A program made the position numbers and the translations under genes. Below, piece after piece: positions 10,592 through 19,812 of a stretch of DNA of 64,000 nt; position 1 is the first letter of the stretch, and each line of letters opens with the position of its first letter. The stretch spans positions 4,256,001 to 4,320,000 of the forward strand of contig OZ252149.1 in NCBI GenBank assembly GCA_965248755.1, in the 5' to 3' direction. Source of the DNA: Candidatus Latescibacterota bacterium (GTDB lineage: Bacteria; Latescibacterota; CBDEFO01). The notes below the pieces were generated by a model that worked only from the letters and a program-made list of their open reading frames with translations, was not told the origin of the DNA and searched no databases.

Positions 10592-12426
10592 TTAAGAACT
10601 TCCACTTTGATGATTTCTGCAAAACTCCTGAAGTCCCTTCAAAAGTCCCTCTCTGTCTACCCTATCGACGTAGTCGATAATGTTTTGGATCTTCTTGTCC
10701 AGCCCATCGATCCGATTAGAAGACGTGATCCTTAGTATCTTATCGTGCACAGTAGGCTCTACCTTTTCGTCTCCGTTCCAAAGTTCTTCGTGCATCTTTT
10801 CTCCGAGCATAAGTCCTGTGAAGACTATCTGTATATCCTTGTCCACTTCCAGTCCGGAAAGATGTATCATGTCCTTTGCCAGATCCAATATTTTGATCGG
10901 GCGTCCCATGTTCAATATGAATATATCTCCCCTATTTCCTATCGCCGCTGCCTCCAATACCAACTGTGCCGCCTCTGGGATTGTCATAAAGTAGCGGGCT
11001 ATATCAGGGTGAGATACTGTAACGGGGCCTCCTTCTGCTATCTGTTTCCTGAATATAGGGATGACACTTCCGTCGCTGTCCAGGACGTTGCCGAATCTGA
11101 CTGTGACAAACTTGGCCCTGCTTTGTCTGCCGAAATCCTGGATGAAGAACTCCGCCAGCTTCTTGGATACACCCATAACTCCCACCGGATTAACTGCCTT
11201 GTCTGTTGAGATATTAACAAAGGTCTCCACACCGCCTTCCTCTGACAGCTGTGCCGCAGCTATAGTCCCAGCTAAATTGTTCTTTATGGCTTCCTCAGGG
11301 TTCAACTCCATCAAAAGCACGTGCTTATGAGCCGCAGCGTGAAAGACGATCTGTGGCTTGTGTTCGCCTATCATGGCCCTGAACTTTGCCCGGTCGTTAA
11401 TATCTCCTATTATCTGGACAATCTCCGTATCTCTTGCAATCTTTTCAAATTCAATTCCCAAAAAGTGCATATTGTTCTCAGCTTTGTCATAGAGCACAAT
11501 TTTGAAGGGATTATAAGCAGAAGTTGGCGGCATATCTCCGCACCGATAGAGCCCGCTGCTCCGGTTACTAATACAGTTTTATTTGCTATAAACGAGCGTA
11601 ACTTCTTAGTATCTAAATTCACCTCCTCTCTACCTAAAAGGTCCTCAACCTTGACGTCCCTGAGTTGATTTATAGGAGATTTTCCATTTACCATCTCGGA
11701 GGATGCGGGTGCGATCTTGAAATCGATGTTGCATTCTGAGCATATATCTACGATCTCCCTGATCTCTTGTCCACTCGCATCTGGAACCGCCATGATCACT
11801 TGCCTGATCTGTCTGCTTTGAATGATGTTTTTCATCTTCTCCACCCCGCCTAAAATCTCGATTCAGTGAATCCGCATGCCCACATTGGCGCCCGAATTGT
11901 CTATGAATCCCTCGATCTTATACTGCTCCCGATGGTTATTCTCCACCTCCCTGACGATCAGCTCTGCTGTGCTTCCTATGCCGTATATTAGGACAGGTGC
12001 GGCAGATCCTCGCGGTCTCAGCACAGACTCCAAACTCGACCGGAATCTGATAACAAATCTGCTACCCCCGATAAGCAGGATCATAGACATCCAGTCCAGC
12101 AAGAAGACACGCCTTGGGAAGTCCACCGTGCGCAGGACGTATACCAAAGCGATCAGAACTATACTCCCTATCGTAATACTCTTGCATATCTGAACTAAGT
12201 CCTCAACACTTGCATATTTCCATAGTCTGCGATAGAGATTCGTAACTGAGAATATGCCTATCCTCACTGGGATCGCCAATACCACCATAAGCATCAGGTT
12301 ATACCTCTGAGCTTCGGGGAATGAGAAGTTAGAGATCACCCCGAACGATAGGAAAACCGAAATTGCTATAGACAGCAAGTCTGCTACTATCAGGAGGATT
12401 TGGTGTCTTTTTAATCTTATGTTCAC
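10592..12426 (-). pseudogene. PglF/CapD-like UDP-GlcNAc 4,6-dehydratase, disrupted
   Basis: Membrane N-domain plus VLVTGAAGSIGAEICRQ, HAAAHKHV, ISTDKAVNP and VRFGNVL. In-frame TGA at 11863-11865 and a frameshift near 11520. Confidence 0.9.
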
Positions 12427-12451
12427 CGATTCGTGTCCCAGAATTTCAGCT

Positions 12452-13576
12452 TCAGAACAAAGCTTTTTTATTCTTACGTATTGCCTCTTTGAGTCTTTTG
12501 CACACGTAGTCAATCTGTGCCTGGGATATATTTCCGAAGAAAGGCAGCGCCAGGACATATCTTGACGCCTCCTCACAGACTGGAAAATCTCCCACTTTAT
12601 ATCCAAACCTCTCCCTATAGAAGGGCTGAAGGTGTATAGGAGAAAAATAGGGTCGCGATTCTACACCATCTGCTCTCAAATCCCTCATAATTCCTTCTCT
12701 ATCAACATTTGTACTTAATCTTATTACATACACAAACCAGCTTATCTTCACACCCTTTGCCACATACTGAGTTCCTACTTCCTCTACATCTTTAAGGTTC
12801 TGATTGTACTTCTGTGCCGCCTCATCCCGCTTTGACAGCAATTCATCTATCCTTTCAAGTTGAGCCAGCCCCAGCGCTGAGCTCATCTCATCCAGGCGAT
12901 AGTTAAATCCGAGTCTTTCGTGCTCAAGCCAACTTCCATTCTCCGAACGCCCCTGATTTCCCAGACTCCTCAAGAGCCTGGCTAATGCCTCATCATCAGT
13001 GACGACAACGCCCCCTTCTCCCATGGTCATCTGCTTGTTGGGATAGAAAGCAAAGACACCAGCCCTCCCGAAACTCCCCACGAGCTTGTCACCATACTTT
13101 GCTCCTGTTGCCTCACAGGCGTCCTCTACCACCTCCAGACTATGTTCTTGTGACAATTCCATAATAGCATCCATATCGCACGGATGTCCGAAGATGTGAA
13201 CCGGAAGTATCGCCTTTGTCCTTTCTGTGATCGCCTCCTCTATCCTGCTTGGATCCATATTCAGAGTCAGAGGATCCACATCTACGAAGACCGGCTTGCC
13301 CCTGGCCATAAGGATGCAGTTGCTCGAAGCCACGAAGCTGAACGGAGACGTAATCAGCTCATCGCCTGGTCCTATCCCGATTCCTATCAAACAAAGATGC
13401 AGTCCACCAGTCCCACTCGAGGCTCCTACGGCGAACCTGCTCCCTATGTACTCTGCAAACTTACGCTCAAAATCCCTCAGCTTCGGACCCAGAGAAAGCC
13501 GCCCCGAGCGGAGGACTTCATTTACCGATCTGATCTCGAGTTCGCCTATATCGGGCGAGGAAAGGGGCACTTGCAT
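12452..13576 (-). CDS. DegT/DnrJ/EryC1/StrS PLP-dependent sugar aminotransferase
   Basis: SSGTGGLHL, VVEDACEA, FAFYPNKQMTMGEGG and GFNYRLDE motifs. Confidence 0.95.
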   Translation of the reverse strand: MQVPLSSPDIGELEIRSVNEVLRSGRLSLGPKLRDFERKFAEYIGSRFAVGASSGTGGLHLCLIGIGIGPGDELITSPFSFVASSNCILMARGKPVFVDVDPLTLNMDPSRIEEAITERTKAILPVHIFGHPCDMDAIMELSQEHSLEVVEDACEATGAKYGDKLVGSFGRAGVFAFYPNKQMTMGEGGVVVTDDEALARLLRSLGNQGRSENGSWLEHERLGFNYRLDEMSSALGLAQLERIDELLSKRDEAAQKYNQNLKDVEEVGTQYVAKGVKISWFVYVIRLSTNVDREGIMRDLRADGVESRPYFSPIHLQPFYRERFGYKVGDFPVCEEASRYVLALPFFGNISQAQIDYVCKRLKEAIRKNKKALF

Positions 13577-13635
13577 AGCAAAATATGGGTTGGACTAAAC
13601 ACCTTTACGTCCAGAGCGATTCTCTGATTGCTCTA

Positions 13636-14781
13636 TCAGATCGCAGATGATTTCAACTTCCGCGCTATAACTATAAGCCCTATTGTCTCCACAAAGATAA
13701 GACCCAGACCTAACTCTATCGGTAGTTCGACTACAAAGAGCGCGGAAAGACCGAAGAAGAATCCCATCCCAGAGCAGATAAGAACTGTGTGCTCCTGGGA
13801 AAATCCCATATCAATCAGCTTATCGTAGAAATGGCTTCGATCTCCTGAAAATATCGGCTTTCTGTTTGCTCTCCTTTGCACAACTGCCAGAAGCGTGTCG
13901 AAAATCGGCACGGTCACTACCAGAAGTGGTCCCAGGATCCACCTTAGATCGAATCTCTGCGACGGCAGGAGAAGGATCAGCATAAAGGCGCACATAAATC
14001 CCAAAAATAGACTCCCAGAGTCACCCATAAAGACGTCGGCAGGGTGCCAGTTGAAAAATAAAAATCCCAGGCAGATTCCCAAAAGACATAGGGATATAGC
14101 TATACCTATTGGAGACTCAGCCATGTAAGAAAGTAGCGCGAAGAATCCGAAGGCAATAGCAGACACCCCCCCTGCAAGTCCATCTATCCCATCCAGGAGA
14201 TTCATAGCGTTGGAACTCCCCACTACATAGAGCACTACAAGAAGAACTCCCAAAAGTCCCAAAGGGATAACTTTTGTCATTCCGATCAACACAATTACAG
14301 CCGTTATCTGTCCCAAAAGCTTAGCAAAAGGTGAAATTCTCTTCATATCGTCAATAAGTCCTACTATAAAGATAACTCCTGACGACAAAATTGCTGTGAT
14401 ATAAATCACCAGAAAGTCCGAATTTAAATAATTAAATCGATATGCACCATATCCGACAACCGCAAATGTCAAAAACATAGCGATCCCTCCTGTTCTGGGG
14501 ATCGGATAAGAGTGAACGTCCAACCTTCCCGGAGTATATACGATGTTCAATCTCTTTGCTGTCTCCTTTGCCAAAAAAGTTAAAGCTATAGATAGAGCAA
14601 GGCAGATCCAAAATAGAGCCGCATTGACCTTGATTCCTGTCAACTCAAAGCTGGCCCCGACAAGCAGAGCAGCCCATAGTGGGAGACGAAGAAAACGCCT
14701 GGAAGATAAATTTTCCGTCCTTTGTGTAAGACTTTTGCTCATAACTGTGGAATCCAGACAAGACTGACGAAGATACCGCAA
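13636..14781 (-). CDS. WecA/TagO-like undecaprenyl-phosphate GlcNAc-1-phosphate transferase (MraY family)
   Basis: PRTGGIA, GLIDD, NAMNLLDGIDGLA, FMGDSGS and DRSHFYDKL motifs. Start uncertain (possibly 14742). Confidence 0.9.
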   Translation of the reverse strand: MRYLRQSCLDSTVMSKSLTQRTENLSSRRFLRLPLWAALLVGASFELTGIKVNAALFWICLALSIALTFLAKETAKRLNIVYTPGRLDVHSYPIPRTGGIAMFLTFAVVGYGAYRFNYLNSDFLVIYITAILSSGVIFIVGLIDDMKRISPFAKLLGQITAVIVLIGMTKVIPLGLLGVLLVVLYVVGSSNAMNLLDGIDGLAGGVSAIAFGFFALLSYMAESPIGIAISLCLLGICLGFLFFNWHPADVFMGDSGSLFLGFMCAFMLILLLPSQRFDLRWILGPLLVVTVPIFDTLLAVVQRRANRKPIFSGDRSHFYDKLIDMGFSQEHTVLICSGMGFFFGLSALFVVELPIELGLGLIFVETIGLIVIARKLKSSAI

Positions 14782-14817
14782 AGCCCAGCAGAAACGAGAA
14801 TTAAAATATACGTTATT

Positions 14818-15177
14818 CTACGTCAAAACACAAGCATTATCCACATAAAAAAATGTGGAGAGGGAGGGATGTTTGATTGGCCATGCGATCACTGGCCCGC
14901 TGCACCAGAGAGTTAAGGGTCTGTCGAGATTTTCGGCGATCTCCAAAGGTTCTGGGGCAGAGGGAATCTTGAAGAGTTGGCAATACTCCTTGAGGAGGTC
15001 CACAACAATAACATCAAGGGCTGTCGCTAATCTTCTCAGTGTCCTAATGGAAAAACTGCTGTCGGATTTCTCCCACTTCGTGATAACAGTCCTGTGAACG
15101 CCGACCTTCACCGCTAACTGATACTGTTTCAGCCCGCGCTCCTTGCGAATGTTTCTGAGGTTTTCTCCTACCGTCAA
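14818..15177 (-). CDS. XRE-family helix-turn-helix regulator
   Basis: VGENLRNIRKERGLKQYQLAVKVGVHRTVITKWE. Likely TTG start at 15177; the longer ORF-track N-terminus begins inside the IS1595. Confidence 0.7.
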   Translation of the reverse strand: MTVGENLRNIRKERGLKQYQLAVKVGVHRTVITKWEKSDSSFSIRTLRRLATALDVIVVDLLKEYCQLFKIPSAPEPLEIAENLDRPLTLWCSGPVIAWPIKHPSLSTFFYVDNACVLT

Positions 15178-15305
15178 ACTTGTCTTCTTTGCTAACGTAT
15201 GGCTGTTCTGACAGGATGTCGGATACGTAAATAAAAAGGTAATGCAGTAGAAAACTTGCACCTGGTACATTGACAATTTGTTGATCTGTAGCGATATTTG
15301 GGACA

Positions 15306-16089
15306 TGAAAAATTGCCCTCGCTGCAGGGGAAGAAAATTTTGGTTACTGAAGACTGGTCAGTTACGCTGTCGGAGGTGTAAATTGACTAGAAAGTTGACC
15401 TCCTCCTCCTGGGAGAAAACTCGAATGTCTCCGTACTGGAAGGGGAGGTTGGTTGAGTATTTTTGTCTTGGTGTTCCTGTTTACCGGTTGCGATTCCATG
15501 TTCCATACACGAGGAAGACTATGGAGCGCTGGTATCGGATCATTCGAAAGGAAATCTACCACCTCACCTTCAAGGAGCTTGAACTCCTTGAAGGTGAGGT
15601 GGAAATGGACGAAACTCTCTTTGGTGGTAGAAGGCCTGGTAAGAGGGATTGGGGTGCTTTGGGCAAACAGATGGTCTTTGGGATCTATCAGAGAAAGGGT
15701 AAGGTGTTGACGTTTCCTATCTCGTCAAGGAGTCGTGACTCACTGTTGCCTCTTATTACCCAACACATCAAACCAGGGAGCTTATATTACACTGATGATT
15801 GGATAGCCTATGCCTCCCTTTCTATCAGTGGCAACCACGTGGTAGTGCCGAAAGAGAAGGGAATAGCTAGAGGAAGAGATCACCTTAATGGCGTGGAAGG
15901 TTTCTGGTCGTATGCCAAACACTGGCTTTACCAGCGATCCCCGATTGATTCTATCGGGGAGGTGTTGACAAAAACTCCTTCCACCTTTACCTTAAGGAGA
16001 TCGAGTGGTGCTTCAACCATCGCCACGAAAATCTCCTTCCACTTATAAGAAAGCTACTCGATCAACAAGCTGTCAAAGAGCTAAATTAG
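15306..16089 (+). pseudogene. IS1595 transposase frameshifted by a 23-bp insertion
   Basis: Zinc finger CPRC..CRRC, VEMDETLFGG, YTDD and NGVEGFWS. The terminal motif FHLYLKEIEWCFNHR is out of frame because of the insert at 15938-15960. Confidence 0.88.
15938..15960. repeat. 23-bp micro-palindrome copy
   Basis: TCCCCGATTGATTCTATCGGGGA. Confidence 0.9.
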
Positions 16090-16284
16090 TGCAACTTTAG
16101 TTATGCATTACCAATAAAAATAACATATTTCTAGCGGCATTGGCAACTATTTTCTTGCACATGTAGAGATAATTTGTCATCTTGTGTGCCCAATATAGAT
16201 TTTTTATTGCTTTTAACTCTAAAAAAGCTTATATTTTGACGTTGATTATCATCTGCCGATTTAACCTTAAAAGAGGCGTCCGTA

Positions 16285-17592
16285 ATGTTTGACCAGCTCA
16301 CAGACAGCTTGGAGCAAGTGTTCAAGAAGCTAAGAGGACGCGGCAAGCTTTCGGAAAAGAATATAGAGGAAGCGCTGCGCGAGGTAAGACGCGCCCTTTT
16401 GGAGTCAGATGTCAATTACAAGGTAGCCAAAGACTTCATCGAGAAGGTGAAGCAAAAGGCCACAGGTCGGGAGGTCTTAAAGAGCCTTACTCCAGGTCAA
16501 CAGGTCATAAAGGTAGTCCATCAGGAACTTGTACACCTTATGGGCGGGGATGAGAGAGCTGATATAAAGTTCGCTGGTTCTCCTCCCACTGCGATAATGC
16601 TCGTCGGGCTTCAGGGATCAGGCAAGACCACAGCCGCTGCCAAATTGGCAAGACACTTCAAATCTAAGGGCAGCTATCCCTTGCTGGTAGCTGCTGATGT
16701 GTATCGCCCCGCAGCTATAGATCAGTTAGAAACACTAGGCAAGTCCATAGACGTTCCCGTCTATAGAGCCTCGGAGGGGACTGACCCTGTGGACATCTGC
16801 CAGGACTCCCTGCGAAAGGCGAAGGCTACAAACCGAGACCTTATCATTCTGGACACCGCCGGTAGACTCCACATAGACGACGAGATGATGCGCCAACTTG
16901 AGAGGATAAAAGCGGAGACTGTTCCGGATGAGATCCTCTTTGTAGCTGATAGCATGACAGGTCAAGACGCAGTGGGCGCCGCCACCGAATTTAGAGAGCG
17001 TCTCAACTTTGACGGTGTCTTTTTGACCAAGCTCGACGGAGACGCAAGGGGTGGAGCCGCTCTTTCTATAAGGGCTGTCACAGGTGCACCCATCAAATTC
17101 GTCGGAGTCGGAGAAAAAACAGATGCCATAGAACCTTTTTATCCCGACAGAATGGCGTCCAGAATTCTCGGTATGGGGGATATTCTGTCTCTTGTTGAGA
17201 AAGCGGAAAGATCTATAGATAGAGATAAGGCGCAGGAGCTTGAAGAAAAGCTCAAAAAGGATGCCTTCTCACTCGAGGACTTTATGGATCAACTCAAACA
17301 GATAAAGAATATGGGCCCTTTAGAGGAACTTCTGGGCTTAATCCCCGGAGCGGGTAAGGCTATGAAAGGGCTAAAGGTGGATGAAAAGGCCTTCATAACT
17401 ATAGAAGCAGTAATAAACTCGATGACCCCACAAGAGCGCAGAAAGCCCAATATAATAGACGGTAGAAGAAAAAAACGCATAGCAAAGGGGAGCGGGACCA
17501 CAGTCCAGGATGTCAACAGGCTCCTCAAACAGTTCGGGATGGTGCAAAAGATGGCTAAGAATATGAATAAGGCCAATCTGTCGTGGATTTAA
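16285..17592 (+). CDS. ffh: Signal recognition particle protein
   Basis: [24 protein letters not shown] and M domain. Confidence 0.98.
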   Translation: MFDQLTDSLEQVFKKLRGRGKLSEKNIEEALREVRRALLESDVNYKVAKDFIEKVKQKATGREVLKSLTPGQQVIKVVHQELVHLMGGDERADIKFAGSPPTAIMLVGLQGSGKTTAAAKLARHFKSKGSYPLLVAADVYRPAAIDQLETLGKSIDVPVYRASEGTDPVDICQDSLRKAKATNRDLIILDTAGRLHIDDEMMRQLERIKAETVPDEILFVADSMTGQDAVGAATEFRERLNFDGVFLTKLDGDARGGAALSIRAVTGAPIKFVGVGEKTDAIEPFYPDRMASRILGMGDILSLVEKAERSIDRDKAQELEEKLKKDAFSLEDFMDQLKQIKNMGPLEELLGLIPGAGKAMKGLKVDEKAFITIEAVINSMTPQERRKPNIIDGRRKKRIAKGSGTTVQDVNRLLKQFGMVQKMAKNMNKANLSWI

Positions 17593-17642
17593 GAAAACTA
17601 TTTGGATATTGACAAGAGAATCGATCTAAAAGGGAGGACAAT

Positions 17643-18035
17643 TTGTCAGTAAAACTAAGATTGATGAGGCTCGGAGGCAAAAAGAGGCCGTTTTACAGAG
17701 TCGTCGCAATGGACATCAGAAGTCCCAGAGATGGCAGACCAATAGATACGCTGGGATACTACAATCCAATTCCGGAAGAGTCTGAAACAAAGATAGACGA
17801 GGATAAGGTCTTCCTCTGGCTTGAGCGCGGAGCTACGCTCAGCCAGACGGTCAAGAGCCTACTTAAAAGCCAGGGGATCCTTCAAAAGTGGAATCTGATG
17901 AAGTTCGGTTCTGGAGAAGTCGAAACACCGCCGGAGGAGCCTTTCGAGGGAGTAACGCTCAAGGGGAAGGACTCCACAGAAGAATCGTCGCAATCCGAAG
18001 AGACTACCGAAGACGAATCTGACTCTTCCGAATAG
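17643..18035 (+). CDS. rpsP: 30S ribosomal protein S16 with acidic C-terminal extension
   Basis: VKLRLMRLGGKKRPFYRVV..RDGR..LGYYNP and conserved gene context. Confidence 0.97.
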   Translation: MSVKLRLMRLGGKKRPFYRVVAMDIRSPRDGRPIDTLGYYNPIPEESETKIDEDKVFLWLERGATLSQTVKSLLKSQGILQKWNLMKFGSGEVETPPEEPFEGVTLKGKDSTEESSQSEETTEDESDSSE

Positions 18036-18053
18036 TAGCTTCAACAGCAATAT

Positions 18054-18590
18054 ATGGCAGATACAGACAACGAAGTTTCTAGATTCGCGTTCGTCACGAT
18101 AGGGGAAATAACAAAGACACGGGGCGTAAAAGGCGAAGTTAAAGTGGTTCCAGTTACGGATTGCCCCGAGAGGCTCTGCGATCTAGAATCTGTCTATGTC
18201 GAAGCGAAAGACGGGACGGTGCAGATCGCCCAGATAGAACGCGTGCGTCTTCATTCGGGCTTTGCGTCGTTCAAGTTCAGGGGCATAGAATCTCCTGAAG
18301 CCGCGGAAAAACTGCGCGGAGCTTTCATAATGGTTAAAAGAGAAGACGTATTCCCGCTTAAAGATGGGAAATTCTACGTATTTCAGCTTTTGGGCCTAGA
18401 TGTTCAGACTGAGGACGGTACATTTGTTGGTACAGTGCATGAAGTCATACATTCTCCCGCTAACGATGTTTATGTCGTAAGAAACGGACAAAGGGAATAC
18501 TTAATTCCCGCTGTTCGCCAGATTGTAAAAGACATAGACCCCGAAAGGGGGAAGATAACTATAGATGCCATAGATGGACTTTTGGGTTAG
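18054..18590 (+). CDS. rimM: Ribosome maturation factor RimM
   Basis: IGEITKTRGVKGEVKV, ANDVYVV and LIPAV motifs, plus context. Confidence 0.95.
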   Translation: MADTDNEVSRFAFVTIGEITKTRGVKGEVKVVPVTDCPERLCDLESVYVEAKDGTVQIAQIERVRLHSGFASFKFRGIESPEAAEKLRGAFIMVKREDVFPLKDGKFYVFQLLGLDVQTEDGTFVGTVHEVIHSPANDVYVVRNGQREYLIPAVRQIVKDIDPERGKITIDAIDGLLG

Positions 18591-18593
18591 AAG

Positions 18594-19343
18594 ATGCGTA
18601 TAGATATACTCACTATATTCCCAGGAATGTTCAACGGCCCCTTCGGTTGTGGCATAGTCAATAGGGCCCGGGAAAAAGGCCTAGTGGAGATAAATATAAA
18701 CAATCTGAGGGACTTCTCCCAGGACAAGCACAAACGGGTGGACGATTACCCTTATGGCGGTGGAGCCGGAATGGTCTTCAGACCCGAACCCATAGTTGGG
18801 GCTTTGAATTCCCTGAACTCCGATCAGGAAGGTTCAAGATCAAGGGTCATCTTCCTATCCGCCCAGGGGCGCACACTCAATCAGGCGCTTTTAAATGAGC
18901 TGTCCCTGGAAAATCACCTTGTTCTTTTGTGTGGACACTACAAGGGTGTGGACGAAAGGGTCATAGAAAAGTACGTCACAGATGAGATTTCAATAGGAGA
19001 CTACGTCCTTTCAGGGGGGGAGCCGGCGGCCGTAGTCATAACTGATGCTGTAGTCAGACTTATCCCGCAAGTGATAAGCGACTTTGAGTCTGCAATGGAA
19101 GACTCATTTCAAGATGGCCTGCTGGACTGTCCCTGGTACACCAGACCGGTCGAATTTGAGGGCATGAAAGTTCCCCAGGTGGTCCTTTCCGGCGACCACA
19201 AAAAGATAAAAGAGTGGAGGAGACGGGAGTCCATCAGAAGGACGCTCCAAAGGAGACCCGATCTCCTTAAAGGGGCGCGCCTTTCGGATGAAGACAGAGA
19301 AATTCTGCAATCTCTAACTGAACAAGAGAACTTGAAAGTATAA
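18594..19343 (+). CDS. trmD: tRNA (guanine37-N1)-methyltransferase
   Basis: VDDYPYGGGAGM, CGHYKGVDERV and SIGDYVLSGGE motifs. Confidence 0.98.
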   Translation: MRIDILTIFPGMFNGPFGCGIVNRAREKGLVEININNLRDFSQDKHKRVDDYPYGGGAGMVFRPEPIVGALNSLNSDQEGSRSRVIFLSAQGRTLNQALLNELSLENHLVLLCGHYKGVDERVIEKYVTDEISIGDYVLSGGEPAAVVITDAVVRLIPQVISDFESAMEDSFQDGLLDCPWYTRPVEFEGMKVPQVVLSGDHKKIKEWRRRESIRRTLQRRPDLLKGARLSDEDREILQSLTEQENLKV

Positions 19344-19361
19344 GGCTATTAAGGAGGGAAA

Positions 19362-19703
19362 ATGGACGTTTTGCAAACCGTAGTGTCTCAACACCTGAAA
19401 GACAATGTTCCTGACTTTGGCCCCGGCGATACGGTCAGGGTACATGTCAGAGTCATAGAAGGTGAAAAGGAGAGGACACAGATCTTTGAAGGGACAGTAC
19501 TGCAAAGGAGAGGTGGGGGTATATCAGAGACATTCACAGTCCGAAAGGTATCCGCAGGTTACGGCACCGAAAGGATCTTCCCGCTCCACTCTCCTGGAGT
19601 AGCCAAGATCGAACGCATCCGAAGAGGGAAAAGCAGACGAGCGAAACTCTTTTACCTCAGAAAGCTCAAAGGCAAAGCCGCCAGAGTTGCAGCAAGAAGG
19701 TAG
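19362..19703 (+). CDS. rplS: 50S ribosomal protein L19
   Basis: [24 protein letters not shown]...RRAKLFYLR. Confidence 0.98.
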   Translation: MDVLQTVVSQHLKDNVPDFGPGDTVRVHVRVIEGEKERTQIFEGTVLQRRGGGISETFTVRKVSAGYGTERIFPLHSPGVAKIERIRRGKSRRAKLFYLRKLKGKAARVAARR

Positions 19704-19746
19704 GTGGCGCACCTCTGCTAAGCGATGTTTCTTGCTCTTTTCCATT

Positions 19747-19781
19747 GCCCCATCACAGCTGTCCGATGGGGCGTTTTATTT
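19747..19781 (+). terminator. Probable intrinsic terminator after rplS
   Basis: GCCCCATC...GATGGGGC stem followed by GTTTTATTT. Confidence 0.65.
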
Positions 19782-19812
19782 ATCCGTCAAAGTGGTGCGA
19801 CCGCTCCGTGAT

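Larger units (their letters stand above)
7703..10622 (-). pseudogene. wzi: Capsule assembly Wzi-family outer-membrane protein split by an IS1380-family element
   Basis: The N-half has LPLHHWAYGILERL and WWGPGYHGNFVLTDNAPP. The C-half has WYAHSG, IVGHHVG and a beta-strand C-terminus. Removing 8478-9748 plus one TTAGA copy restores the frame ...LQWTY-LNKIAVG... Confidence 0.85.
15238..16112 (+). mobile_element. IS1595-family insertion sequence
   Basis: IRs GGTAATGCAGTAGAAAACTTGCAC / GGTAATGCATAACTAAAGTTGCAC. 8-bp TSD AATAAAAA at 15230-15237 and 16113-16120. Confidence 0.93.

Noticed and set aside
15178..15306. Extended N-terminus of the XRE ORF
   Set aside because: It starts within the IS1595, and HTH similarity begins only at about 15177.
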